Notes: generated from the letters alone by a model not told the origin. A stretch of 64,000 nt of DNA from Candidatus Entotheonellaceae bacterium (GCA_965238075.1 OZ250173.1:3168001-3232000), one strand, 5' to 3'; shown: positions 20,228 to 30,089, counted from the stretch's first letter. Program-made: numbers and translations.

Positions 20228-20485
20228 ATGCGTACAACGACGCTTCGCAAGGTTGGCGGTTCGGTTATGCTGGCGGTGCCACCGGCTTTTCTCGATCTGC
20301 TGCATCTGCGGGCAGGTGCCGCGGTCGGCATCGGCGTGGAAGGGAATCGCCTGGTGGTTGAAGCAAATCCGCGGCCACGCTATCGCCTGGATGACCTCCT
20401 CGACCAATGTGGCACGGCAGGCGAGAGAAACGCTGAAGACCGGGAATGGCTTGATGCCAAGCCGGTCGGCGATGAACTGCTGTAA
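20228..20485 (+). CDS. pemI: AbrB/MazE-family antitoxin (PemI/Kis-like)
   Basis: LRKVGGSVMLAVPP...RYRLDDLLDQC...REWLDA, close to Kis. Confidence 0.88.
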   Translation: MRTTTLRKVGGSVMLAVPPAFLDLLHLRAGAAVGIGVEGNRLVVEANPRPRYRLDDLLDQCGTAGERNAEDREWLDAKPVGDELL

Positions 20486-20817
20486 TGGAGTGCGGTGATA
20501 TTTATCTGGTATCCCTGGACCCGACTTCCGGGCATGAACAACAGGGCCAACAGCCTGTGCTGACTGTGTCGCCAGGGCGCTTCAATCGGCTGACAGGCAC
20601 GCCGATTGTGTTGCCGATTACCCGGGGTGGCGCGTTCGTCCGCATGGCTGGTTTTGCCGTGTCGCTTGAGGGGGCGGGAATACGGACAACCGGCGTGATT
20701 CGGTGCGATCAACCTCGTGCCCTTGATCTTGCCTCACGTCATGCCCGCATGCTGGAGCGTATTCCGGCTGTGCTCATGGAGGAGATGCTGGCGAAGGTCG
20801 TCACACTTTTCGAGTGA
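20485..20817 (+). CDS. pemK: PemK/MazF-family toxin (Kid-like)
   Basis: LVSLDPTSGHEQQG...AGFAVSLEGAGIRTTGVIRCDQPR; TAATG coupling to the antitoxin. Confidence 0.88.
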   Translation: MECGDIYLVSLDPTSGHEQQGQQPVLTVSPGRFNRLTGTPIVLPITRGGAFVRMAGFAVSLEGAGIRTTGVIRCDQPRALDLASRHARMLERIPAVLMEEMLAKVVTLFE

Positions 20818-20854
20818 GCAGCCCGTTCCATTCGTCTGGCTGTGGAGGAGCAAG

Positions 20855-23263
20855 ATGTCACAGGGGTTGCTGCCCGGCGTCAGGGTGCTGGAATTGGGTG
20901 AGCAGGTCAGCGCATCCTATTGCGGCAAGATACTGGCCCTCATGGGTGCCGAGGTCATCAAGGTGGAGCCGCCCGCAGGCGATGCGGCGCGGCATGCGGG
21001 GCCGTTTCCGGGCGACCTGTTGCACGCCGAGAAGAGCGGCCTGTTTCTGGCCCTGAACCTGAACAAGTACGGCATCACCCTGGACCTGACGCTGCCGAAA
21101 GACCGGCAGCGGCTCAGAGACTTGGCGCGCACCGCCACCGTCGTCATCCAAGATCTTCCAAATGTAAGGCTCGCCGGGTCGGAGTTGGACGGCGAGACGC
21201 TGCGGCAGGACAACCCCGGCCTGATCCTCACCTCTATCTCCCCTTTCGGTTCTTGGGGTCCCTACGAACATTTCAAGGCATCTGATCTGGTTCTGTTCCA
21301 CATGAGCGGCCAGGCACCCGGCATGCTAGGGCCGGTGGCGGACGGCGATGCGCAGCCGCCGATTCGCGCCGGCGGGCATCAAGCCGAGTTTGTAGCTGGC
21401 CTGGCTGCGGCCACGGCGACGTTGATGGCCTTGTACCGCCGGCGGCTGACTGGCGTGGGCTGCCGCGTCGAGGTTTCGGCGTTTGAGGCCATGGTCACGC
21501 AATTGATCAGCGCCTTGGCCAACTGCGCCTTCGACAAACCACCACCGCAGCGGGTTGTGCCGGACAGTAAGGATTCTGAGACCACAGCCCCGGTCGCTTC
21601 GGTGGGCGGGGTGCTGCCGTGCCGCGACGGCTATGTCGCCATTTCGCCGCGCGAGGACGCGCAATGGGCGCGTTGGGTCGAACTGATGGGGCGGCCGGCG
21701 TGGGCTGAGGAGCCGCGTTTCCAAACCCGCGAGGGCCGAGAGCGGCATTTCCGGCAGCTATGGCAGCTTGTGGGGCAGTGGACCCGAACCCGCGCCAAGC
21801 ACGACGTCGCCCGCTGGGGGCAGGAACGCCGCATCCCCTGCTTTCCGGTCAATACGGTGCGAGATTTGTTCAACGACGCCCATCTGAAATTCCGCCGGTT
21901 TTTCAACGACGTCGAACACCCGGTTGCCGGACGCCTGAGGTATCCCGGCGTGCCGTATCGGTTTTCCCACCTGACGCTGCCCTTGAACGCCCGCCCGGCG
22001 CCGCGGTTGGGCGAACATAACGAGCGTTTTCTTGGCCAGTCTCCCACCCCGGCGTCTGCCCCAATCAAAGACCGCACGGATGAGCCGTCGTCAGACCGGC
22101 TGCCGCTGCACGGCGTCCGGGTGGTCGACCTGAGCTGGATCATTGCCGGTCCGACTGCGGCGCGCTTCCTGGCCATGATGGGTGCCGAGGTCATCAAGAT
22201 CGGCAGCGCCAGACGCCCGGACCCGTCGATCCGCGGCGCGCCGTTTCAAGCGTACAATCAGTCGAAACGCTCCTGCGCTCTGAACCTCGCCACGCCCGCC
22301 GGACTGCGCCTCGCCAAGCAATTGATTGGGCTGAGCGACGTGGTCATCGAGAATTTCGCCGCCGGCGTCATCGAGCGCCTTGGGCTGGGCTACGACGTGC
22401 TGCGGGCGATCAAGCCCGACCTCATCATGGTGTCGTCGTCGGGCACCGGGCACAGCGGGCCGGACAAGGACTACGTGGCCTACGGCAGCCTCCTGCAATA
22501 CTATACGGGCTGGAATTCCATCTCCGGCTATCCCGATGGCGAACCCATCAAGGGCGGCCTGTGGGCCGACCCGTGGGTAGGGCTGGAATTGGCCATGGTG
22601 ATCGCGGCGGCGCTTAACCATCGCGTCGTGACCGGCGAGGGGCAGTACGTGGACTATTCGATGGCGGAAGCTTTGACCGCCTGCCTGCCTGAGGCGCTGC
22701 TTGATTTCCAGATGAACGCCCGCGAGCGGCGGCCGACGGCCAACGCCGATGACGTTTATGCCCCTCATAACGTGTATCGCTGCAACGGGCCGGACCGCTG
22801 GATTGCCATCGCCGTAACGCATGACGCGGAATGGCGGGCGCTGTGCGGGGTCATTGGGCGTCCCGATTTGGCCGCGGTGCCGGGCCTCGCCACCGCCGCG
22901 GGCCGCAGGGCGCATCAAGACGAAATCGACGCGGCCATCACGGCGTGGACGAAAGACCAGGACGACGACGAGGCCATGCACCGTTTGCAACAAGCCGGTG
23001 TGCCGGCGGGGCCGTTCCTGGAACCGTCACGGCTCTTCCACGATCCGCATCTGCGTCAGGGCGGCTATTTTACCCGCCTGCAGACCCACGACGGCATCTG
23101 GCGGGACTTGCCGGGCATCGGCTGGCGCTTCGACGGCGGCCCGGCGCCCTATCTGACCCCGGCGCCCGTCCTGGGGCAGGACAACGACACCATTTATCGA
23201 GATCTCCTGGGGTTGTCCGAGGCGGAAATCGCCCGGCTGGTAGAAGAACACGGTATCTATTGA
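20855..23263 (+). CDS. Tandem two-domain class III CoA-transferase (CaiB/BaiF)
   Basis: Two CaiB repeats (GAEVIKVEP...NLNKYG...APRLGEHN; PLHGVRVVDLS...ENFAAGV...APVLGQDN); GGAGGAG RBS. Confidence 0.9.
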   Translation: MSQGLLPGVRVLELGEQVSASYCGKILALMGAEVIKVEPPAGDAARHAGPFPGDLLHAEKSGLFLALNLNKYGITLDLTLPKDRQRLRDLARTATVVIQDLPNVRLAGSELDGETLRQDNPGLILTSISPFGSWGPYEHFKASDLVLFHMSGQAPGMLGPVADGDAQPPIRAGGHQAEFVAGLAAATATLMALYRRRLTGVGCRVEVSAFEAMVTQLISALANCAFDKPPPQRVVPDSKDSETTAPVASVGGVLPCRDGYVAISPREDAQWARWVELMGRPAWAEEPRFQTREGRERHFRQLWQLVGQWTRTRAKHDVARWGQERRIPCFPVNTVRDLFNDAHLKFRRFFNDVEHPVAGRLRYPGVPYRFSHLTLPLNARPAPRLGEHNERFLGQSPTPASAPIKDRTDEPSSDRLPLHGVRVVDLSWIIAGPTAARFLAMMGAEVIKIGSARRPDPSIRGAPFQAYNQSKRSCALNLATPAGLRLAKQLIGLSDVVIENFAAGVIERLGLGYDVLRAIKPDLIMVSSSGTGHSGPDKDYVAYGSLLQYYTGWNSISGYPDGEPIKGGLWADPWVGLELAMVIAAALNHRVVTGEGQYVDYSMAEALTACLPEALLDFQMNARERRPTANADDVYAPHNVYRCNGPDRWIAIAVTHDAEWRALCGVIGRPDLAAVPGLATAAGRRAHQDEIDAAITAWTKDQDDDEAMHRLQQAGVPAGPFLEPSRLFHDPHLRQGGYFTRLQTHDGIWRDLPGIGWRFDGGPAPYLTPAPVLGQDNDTIYRDLLGLSEAEIARLVEEHGIY

Positions 23264-23280
23264 AACGGAGCGGCACCCAC

Positions 23281-24198
23281 ATGACCGTCACGTATGAGAA
23301 AAAAGCCCATATCGCAACTATCACCATCAACAACCCCGACAAGGGCAACATCCTCGACCGGCAGACCTCGGCCGACATCGCCGCGGTTTGGCAGGACGTG
23401 TGGGACGACGACGACGTGCGCGTGGCCATCCTCACCGGCGCCGGCGAGCGGCACTTCTGCGCCGGGCACAATCTGGCAACGCGGCCCGACATCACGCCGG
23501 AGGAGCGCGAGCGGGTGCGCGCCGAGAATATCTTCTGGCCGCCCTCGGGAACGGTCAACGGTGCCAAGATAGGCGCCGACGGACGTCTGGGCGATCACTA
23601 TCCGCAGATCTGGAAGCCCGTCATCGGCGCCATCAACGGCTGGGCGGCAGGCGCCGGTTTCTACCTGATGCTGACCTCGACCGACATCCGTCTCGCCTGC
23701 GCCGAGCACGCGCGGTTCAAATTCGCACTGCTCAGCCAGGGCTGGGTCGGCAACGGCCCCGGGGCTACCTACCTCACCCGCCAGATTGCTTACGCCGACG
23801 CCATGCGCATCCTGCTGACCGATGAGCCGTTCGACGCCCGCGAGGCCCTGCGCATCAACCTGATCAATGAGGTGGTTGCCCATGACCGCCTGATGGAACG
23901 CGCGGAGGAAATCGCCCGGCACGTCGCCAGCTTGCCGCCCGTGGCCGTGCGCATGATGAAGGAATTCGCCATCCGATTCCGCGACATGCCCATCACCGAG
24001 GCGTGGCGCGTCCAAACCCTGATGAACACCCTGCTGACCCAACTCACCACCGACGGCGACGAAGGCCGTCAAGCCTTCCTCGAAAAACGCCCGCCCCAAT
24101 TCACCGGCGGCCTGCGCCAAAAAGGCGAGCCGTTTCCCGACGTCGATGCCGAGCAACGCGCCCGCCTCGACGAGGTGCGACGCGAATTGTTGGGGTGA
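23281..24198 (+). CDS. Enoyl-CoA hydratase/isomerase family protein
   Basis: LTGAGERHFCAGHN, WKPVIGAINGWAAGAG, AFLEKRPP. Confidence 0.85.
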   Translation: MTVTYEKKAHIATITINNPDKGNILDRQTSADIAAVWQDVWDDDDVRVAILTGAGERHFCAGHNLATRPDITPEERERVRAENIFWPPSGTVNGAKIGADGRLGDHYPQIWKPVIGAINGWAAGAGFYLMLTSTDIRLACAEHARFKFALLSQGWVGNGPGATYLTRQIAYADAMRILLTDEPFDAREALRINLINEVVAHDRLMERAEEIARHVASLPPVAVRMMKEFAIRFRDMPITEAWRVQTLMNTLLTQLTTDGDEGRQAFLEKRPPQFTGGLRQKGEPFPDVDAEQRARLDEVRRELLG

Positions 24199-24220
24199 GA
24201 GCGGGGAAAGAGGAGATCGC

Positions 24221-24538
24221 GTGCCACTGAACGAAGCCGACACCTGCCGCAGGTTCGTCGTCCCCAAGCTCCTGGGCATGACGCGAATTGGCCCGCCCGC
24301 TCCGTTGGCTCGTTGGCTGCGAGCGCCGTTGCGAGAAGTTGAGACGGCTTATCGCAGGGCTATCGACCTGTTGCCTGAAGAACCGAGATTCGTCCGGGAG
24401 CTGGGGAGGATATTGGCATCACGCGGATTATTGCCACGGAATGAGCGGTGCGGTAGGACATTGCTGGGGCCGCAGAACAAGATTTTGTCAGACAATTGTG
24501 AATCAAAGTTCAAGAATATCATGAAAATTTCGCTTTAA
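24221..24538 (+). pseudogene. Chimeric remnant: type I R-M HsdR-like N-terminus plus TPR-like fragment
   Basis: GTG start after AGGAG; LNEADTCRRFVVPKL resembles EcoEI-type HsdR starts, then AYRRAIDLLPEEPRFVRELGRIL is TPR-like; far too short for either. Confidence 0.45.
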
Positions 24539-24970
24539 CATAGACAAGATTCAAGACGTCTTATTGTAGGACTATCGATATTTTCAATGAGGAAGTGATG
24601 TCACACGGCCTTGAGGAGTTGGCGTGACGACGTTTTCCCCAAAGGGTCATTCACGCGAAAGCGGCAATCCACTTCATGCCGGGTCAAGCCCGGCATGAAG
24701 TGGAGAGAGGGTCTATACGCCATTAGACGATGGCGTTCTGGCTGATCGCCCAGGGATGTGACGACGGCAGGAGTTGTCGAGCAGAAAGGTGACAATTGCC
24801 GAAAGTTAGGAGCCAAAGTTCAGAACAAATCTCATAAATTCGTTTTAACACGAGCGCGTTGGATGCTCAGAAATTAACGGCACTTCTAAAGAACGATTCC
24901 CGTTGCCTTGCAACGCGCTTGCCTTGACGAGGTGTGGCGACACCTCTTTGGGTAATCCAACTAACAGCTT

Positions 24971-25729
24971 CTACTGTGCAACCCAGCCACCATCCACGAC
25001 GACCTCAGTGCCTGTGACGTAGCGGGACTCATCGGAGGCCAGGTAGAGGACGGCGTATGCGACGTCATCAGGCTGGCCGAATCTTCCGAGAGGTATCCGC
25101 GACAGCATGAGGTTGTAGGCTTCGGGGTCGGACCGTCGCCCCTCGGTCATGGGTGTGACAATCGGACCGGGATGAACAGAGTTGACCCGTATGCCCTCTC
25201 TGGCGTATTGGACAGCGGTCGCCTTGGTAAAGATACGCACTGCGCCCTTGGACGCCTGATATTGGGGGGTGCTGTTGTCTGTGCCCACCAGCCCCAGCTG
25301 GGAGGAGATGTTGATGATGGAGCCGCCTCCTGCCTTGCGCATCCCCGGTATGGCGGCCTTTGTGCCCAGAAATACGCCCGTGCTGTTGACGGCCATTACC
25401 CTGTCCCAGTCTGCCAGGGAGGTTTCTTCTACCAAGCTGCTAACGCCGCCGATGCCGGCGTTGTTGACCAGGATGTCCAGCCTGCCGAAGCGGGATGCGG
25501 TGACGGCGATGGCTTCTTGCCAATTGGCCTCGCTGGTCACGTCCAGGTGAATGAAGACGCAGGCGCCGCCGGTTTCGTTAATCTCCGCTTCCACCTGGCG
25601 GCCATCGTCGTCCAGGACGTCGCCAATGGCGACCTTGGCGCCTTCCTTGGCGAACAGCCGTGCCTCGGCGGCGCCCATGCCGCGAGCGCCGCCACTGATG
25701 AATGCTACCTTCCCGTCGAGTCTGCCCAT
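24971..25729 (-). CDS. Classical SDR oxidoreductase
   Basis: [25 protein letters not shown]. Confidence 0.92.
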   Translation of the reverse strand: MGRLDGKVAFISGGARGMGAAEARLFAKEGAKVAIGDVLDDDGRQVEAEINETGGACVFIHLDVTSEANWQEAIAVTASRFGRLDILVNNAGIGGVSSLVEETSLADWDRVMAVNSTGVFLGTKAAIPGMRKAGGGSIINISSQLGLVGTDNSTPQYQASKGAVRIFTKATAVQYAREGIRVNSVHPGPIVTPMTEGRRSDPEAYNLMLSRIPLGRFGQPDDVAYAVLYLASDESRYVTGTEVVVDGGWVAQ

Positions 25730-25779
25730 TGTGAACCTCCTAAAGGAAAGCGCCTAGTCGTATCCGTTCGGAGTCCTGC

Positions 25780-26322
25780 TCAGCTTTGCAGCAACGCCAC
25801 TCGGGTAGCCTCATAACCGGAGTCGTTTTCAATCACGTCCACTTCCACGGCGGTGCCTTCGTTGATCATCTCGAAGGCGTCGCCCACGACGACGTTGCGC
25901 AGGAAGTGAATTTCTTCGTCGGCGCCGATATCGACGTAGCCGTAGCCCTGTTCAGGAGCGACGTGGACGACTTGCCCGGAAAGCCGAGGTCCTGATTTGG
26001 CGGCTTTCAGACGCTGCTTGTCCAGCCCGCGGCGTTTGCTGCGAAAATCGGACAACTCGCGCGTCAGGGCCTGCAAGGCGTTGTGGATGGCATCGTCGAC
26101 GTCTTTGCCGATTTTGGATGCCTGGATAAGCTTGCGGCGCGCCATGGAGAGCATGAAGCGGGCTTCGTCGCTGCCGTGCTGGTGGTGCGTGCTCTTCACT
26201 AAGGTCACGCGCGCGTGGATGATGTCGTTGTGTCGGGCGTTGAGTTTCTCCAGCGAGGACGTGATCGTGGCTCGCAGGTCGTCATAGATGTCGAAGTGTT
26301 GCGTGTCGATATGGATATCCAT
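25780..26322 (-). CDS. HPF/RaiA-like domain fused to a cold-shock domain
   Basis: N-terminal S30EA-like region (THHQHG; DVDDAIHNA) and C-terminal CSD (QGYGYV...EIHFLRNVV...GTAVEV). Confidence 0.7.
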   Translation of the reverse strand: MDIHIDTQHFDIYDDLRATITSSLEKLNARHNDIIHARVTLVKSTHHQHGSDEARFMLSMARRKLIQASKIGKDVDDAIHNALQALTRELSDFRSKRRGLDKQRLKAAKSGPRLSGQVVHVAPEQGYGYVDIGADEEIHFLRNVVVGDAFEMINEGTAVEVDVIENDSGYEATRVALLQS

Positions 26323-26513
26323 TTGTGTACCTCCTTACCTCGTATGGGGTAATGGCGTCGGCAGGTCTTCCGGCGCCTGTAAGAATCATTGTACCCCCTA
26401 CCCGACGCCGCGTCAGCATGGCTTGCGAGGGGGTATGGGAGCATTTAGAATAGCGGCCCATTGAGAATTGCGGGAGGAGCCGGTTACGGAGAGCAGGATC
26501 GACAGGAGCGAGG

Positions 26514-27449
26514 ATGATCGTTGCGTTGGCAGGCGGCGTCGGGGCCGCCAAATTTTTGCGCGGCCTGGTTGATCTCGTGGACCCCGAAACGCTCACCATT
26601 GTCAGCAACACCGGCGATGATCTGCAACGTTTTGGCCTCCACATCAGCCCGGACGTCGATATCGTCGCTTACACGCTGGCCGGGTTGGTCGATGAGGAGC
26701 GCGGCTGGGGCATTCGCGGCGACACTTTCGAGGCCCTGGCGATGCTGCTGCGTTACGGCGAGGCGGGGTGGTTCAACCTCGGCGACCGCGACTTGGCGAC
26801 CCACATCCTGCGCACCGAACGCCTGCGCGCCGGCGAAAGTCTGACCGGCATCACCAAGTCCTTGTGCCAGGCCCTCAACGTCCGGTCGCGCATCCTGCCG
26901 ATGTGCGATCAAGCCGTTCCCACGCTGATTCGGACCCCTGCGGGGGTGTTTCATTTCCAGGAGTATCTGGTGCAGCGCGGCGGCCGGGAGGAGGTTCTGG
27001 ATGTCGTCTTCCAGGGCGTGGAGCAGGCCCGGCCGGCTCCCGGCATGTGCGCGGCGCTGGCGCAGGCCGAGGCAATTCTCATTTGCCCGAGCAATCCCAT
27101 TATCAGTATCGGCACGATTCTGGCCGTACCCGGCGTGCGTCAAGCCATCGTGGACAGTCCGGCTCCGGTCGTGGCGGTCAGTCCGATCGTCGCCGGGAAA
27201 ACACTGAAAGGCCCGGCGGACCTGATGCTTCGTGGTCTGGGGTTGGAGGTTTCGGCGTGTGGGGTAGCCCAGTATTATGGGGATCTGTTGCACGGGATGG
27301 TGATCGACACGCAGGACGCCGGCCTGCAGCCGCGCCTGGCCGACATGGGGTTGCGGGTTGAGGTGACGAACACGGTCATGCGCACCCGCGAAGACAAACG
27401 CGCGTTGGCGCAGACGGCGCTGACCCTGGCAAGGGCGTTATCCAAATGA
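26514..27449 (+). CDS. cofD: 2-phospho-L-lactate transferase (F420 biosynthesis)
   Basis: LAGGVGAAKF, NTGDD, ISPDVD, WFNLGDRDLATH, FQEY, PSNPIISI, KGPAD. Confidence 0.95.
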   Translation: MIVALAGGVGAAKFLRGLVDLVDPETLTIVSNTGDDLQRFGLHISPDVDIVAYTLAGLVDEERGWGIRGDTFEALAMLLRYGEAGWFNLGDRDLATHILRTERLRAGESLTGITKSLCQALNVRSRILPMCDQAVPTLIRTPAGVFHFQEYLVQRGGREEVLDVVFQGVEQARPAPGMCAALAQAEAILICPSNPIISIGTILAVPGVRQAIVDSPAPVVAVSPIVAGKTLKGPADLMLRGLGLEVSACGVAQYYGDLLHGMVIDTQDAGLQPRLADMGLRVEVTNTVMRTREDKRALAQTALTLARALSK

Positions 27450-28129
27450 CCTACGTTGTCATTCCCGCAAAAAACTTTCACGGCGCCAAGCAGCGTTTGG
27501 CGGGGCTGTTGCAGCCCCATGAACGCTCAGCGTTGGCACGGGCCACCCTGACCGACACGCTGACGGCGTGTGTGCAGGCGGAGGGGCTGGCGGGTATCGG
27601 CGTGGTGACCTGTGATCGTGAGGTGGCTGAACTGGCCGAGTCGCTGCGGGCGGAAGTGTTGTGGGAGGCCCAGGGGCGCGGGCAAAGCGAGGCCGTGGCC
27701 AGAGGCGGCCGGGAATGCCTGCGGCGAGGCATCCCTTCCATGCTGACCATGCCGGGCGATATTCCGCTGCTGATGGCCGCCGACGTAGAGGCGCTGGCGT
27801 TGGCTTCGCAGTCGGCGGCGCCAGTGGTCCTGGTTCCGAATCGCGAGGATACGGGGACGAATGCCCTGGTGCTGACGCCGCCAGATTGTCTGCCGGTGGC
27901 CTTCGGCGACGATAGCTTCCGGCGCCATCTACGGCTGTGCGCGGAACGCGACCTGGTTGTTGATGTGCGCCGCATGCCGCGGGTGGCGCTGGACATCGAC
28001 ACGCCGGAGGACTTGGCGGTGTTTGTGGCACAACGCGTTCCCAGCCATAGTTTGCAGGCGTTGACGGACCTTGGCGTTCTCGAACGCTGTGCAGCCGTGC
28101 CCTGCCCTGTTGTGAGTGACCCATCATGA
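27446..28129 (+). CDS. cofC: 2-phospho-L-lactate/PEP guanylyltransferase
   Basis: IPAK..GAKQRLA, PGDIP, GTNAL, FGDDSFRRH, DIDTPEDL. Confidence 0.93.
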   Translation: MTYVVIPAKNFHGAKQRLAGLLQPHERSALARATLTDTLTACVQAEGLAGIGVVTCDREVAELAESLRAEVLWEAQGRGQSEAVARGGRECLRRGIPSMLTMPGDIPLLMAADVEALALASQSAAPVVLVPNREDTGTNALVLTPPDCLPVAFGDDSFRRHLRLCAERDLVVDVRRMPRVALDIDTPEDLAVFVAQRVPSHSLQALTDLGVLERCAAVPCPVVSDPS

Positions 28130-28884
28130 CGGTTTCTGAAGTGCGGATTCTGAGTGTTCCGGGCATCCCCATCATTGTGCCGGGCGATGATCTGGCCGGC
28201 CTCATTCAGCAGGCAGCCGAGAACGCATCGCTGACGGTGCAAGACGGCGATATCGTGGTGGTGACCCAGAAAATCGTCTCCAAGGCCGAGGGGTGCCTGG
28301 TGTCGCTGGCTGATGTCACACCGTCGCCCCTGGCCGAGCAATTTGCCCGGCAGTGGGACAAGGACGCCCGGCAGGTCGAGGTGGTGCTGCAGGAATCGCG
28401 GCGTATCGTCAAGATGGACCGCGGGGTCATCATCGCCGAGACGCATCACGGTTTCATTTGCGCCAATGCCGGTGTTGACCGATCCAATATGGAGGGTGAC
28501 GACGTGGTTGCCGTGCTGCCGCCGGATCCGGATGCCTCGGCGCGTGCCATTCGTGACCACTTGCGGGAGCAAATGGGCGTGGAGGTCGCCGTGATCATCT
28601 CGGACACCTTCGGACGGCCCTGGCGCGAAGGTCTGGTCAACGTCGCTATTGGCCTCGCGGGTATGCAGGCCAACGTGGACTACACGGGCCAATACGACGC
28701 GCAGGGCTACGAACTGAAGGTGACGGCCCTGTCGGTAGCGGACGAATTGGCGGCGGCCGCCGAATTGGTGATGAACAAGCTGGACAACGTGCCGGTTGCC
28801 GTGATTCGAGGCTACGACTATCCGCGCGGCGACGGTGACCTGAGCCAGTTGATCCGTGATCCGGAGCGTGATTTGTTCCGTTGA
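28126..28884 (+). CDS. cofE: Coenzyme F420-0:L-glutamate ligase
   Basis: TQKIVSKAEG, CANAGVDRSN, SDTFGRPWR, ADELAAAAELVM. Confidence 0.95.
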   Translation: MTVSEVRILSVPGIPIIVPGDDLAGLIQQAAENASLTVQDGDIVVVTQKIVSKAEGCLVSLADVTPSPLAEQFARQWDKDARQVEVVLQESRRIVKMDRGVIIAETHHGFICANAGVDRSNMEGDDVVAVLPPDPDASARAIRDHLREQMGVEVAVIISDTFGRPWREGLVNVAIGLAGMQANVDYTGQYDAQGYELKVTALSVADELAAAAELVMNKLDNVPVAVIRGYDYPRGDGDLSQLIRDPERDLFR

Positions 28885-28900
28885 GAGAAAAGGAGTGCAT

Positions 28901-29548
28901 GTGATCGTAAGCATTTTGGGTGGGACGGGTGAGCAAGGTCCGGGAATGGCTTTGCGGTGGGCCAAGGCCGGTATTCAGGTTGTCATCGGCTCTCGGCAGC
29001 AGAGCAAGGCCGCGCAGGTGGCCGGCGAGTTGAACGAGGAATTGGGCGAGGCCTTGATCCGGGGCATGGCGAACCCGGAAGCGGCTGCGGCCGCTGAGGT
29101 CGTGGCCCTGACGGTGCCCTTTTCAGCCCACAAGAGCACGATCGAATCGGTCAAGGCGCACCTGAAAGGCAAAGTGTTCATCGATGTCTGCGTACCCCTG
29201 GACCCTGAGAATCCCCGCAAGATGCTGATGCCCCCGGCCGGCTCGGCGACCGAGGAGGCGCAGTCCCTTCTGGGTGACGGCGTGAAGGTTGTGGCCGCGT
29301 TTCAAAACGTCGCGGCGCACGAGCTGCGTCACCTCGATCATGGGATCAAGTGCGAGGTGCTGGTGTGCGGCAACGACCGGGAGGCGCGGCAAACGGTGAT
29401 CGGCTTGGTGAAGCAGATGGGGCTGCATCCGGTTGACGCCGGTCTGGCATACAACGCCCGCGTCGTGGAAAGCCTCACCGCCCTGCTGATCGGCCTCAAC
29501 ATCCGCAACAAAGTCAAGGGCAGCGGCATCCACATCACCGGCCTCTAG
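28901..29548 (+). CDS. npdG: NADPH-dependent F420 reductase
   Basis: GGTGEQG.G.ALRWA, GSR, GSATEEAQ, AAFQNV, VESLTALLIGLN; GTG start after AGGAG. Confidence 0.93.
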   Translation: MIVSILGGTGEQGPGMALRWAKAGIQVVIGSRQQSKAAQVAGELNEELGEALIRGMANPEAAAAAEVVALTVPFSAHKSTIESVKAHLKGKVFIDVCVPLDPENPRKMLMPPAGSATEEAQSLLGDGVKVVAAFQNVAAHELRHLDHGIKCEVLVCGNDREARQTVIGLVKQMGLHPVDAGLAYNARVVESLTALLIGLNIRNKVKGSGIHITGL

Positions 29549-29571
29549 CTCCGGGGGCCCGCCGCGGCGTA

Positions 29572-29580
29572 TGCTAAAAT
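29572..29580 (+). promoter_or_regulatory. Extended -10 element upstream of the tRNA
   Basis: TGCTAAAAT about 40 nt before the tRNA. Confidence 0.4.
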
Positions 29581-29621
29581 TTCTGCCTTTGCCCTGCCGG
29601 GTTTCAGGGCTGCCCTGTATT

Positions 29622-29695
29622 GCCCCCTTAGCTCAGTTGGATAGAGCATCGGACTTCTAATCCGAGGGTCAGAGGTTCAAATCCTCTAGGGGGTA
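29622..29695 (+). tRNA. tRNA-Arg (anticodon TCT)
   Basis: Acceptor stem GCCCCCT/AGGGGGT, D arm AGCTCAGTTGGATAGAGC, anticodon arm TCGGA-CTTCTAA-TCCGA, T arm GGTTCAAATCC; CCA not encoded. Confidence 0.96.
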
Positions 29696-29768
29696 CTGAA
29701 TCAGGCATGGCTTGCTGTCGTTTCCTATCTCCCTCATGCCTCGCGTTTTGTTCGCAGCGATTGCCGCC

Positions 29769-30089
29769 CTACTGCCGAACCGCCTGCACTCTGATGTGCA
29801 GACCTTCGCGCTCCCGCAGGTGACCGATAATCTCGAACAAGTTCCGGGCTTGCGGATTGCCCTTAGGCCCGAGCATGTGCATGAGGCTTTTGGACGACTT
29901 GGCCGTGCGCTCGCCGAGTTCCTTGAAGCCCATGGTGGCATTAATGTAGTTGCGCAGCATCGCCTTGCCGACATCCAAATCCCCCGCCAGCAGGCATTCG
30001 ATACTTTCCCTGAGCAGTTCTTCGCGAAAGGCCGCGTCCTGCTGAGCGCGCGCCCTTACCGTCTCCTTGAAATCTCGCGTCAACGTCAT
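29769..30089 (-). CDS. Putative addiction-module antidote (HTH)
   Basis: LTRDFKETVRAR...LRNYINATMGFKEL...KSLMHMLGPKGNP; overlaps the toxin gene. Confidence 0.8.
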   Translation of the reverse strand: MTLTRDFKETVRARAQQDAAFREELLRESIECLLAGDLDVGKAMLRNYINATMGFKELGERTAKSSKSLMHMLGPKGNPQARNLFEIIGHLREREGLHIRVQAVRQ

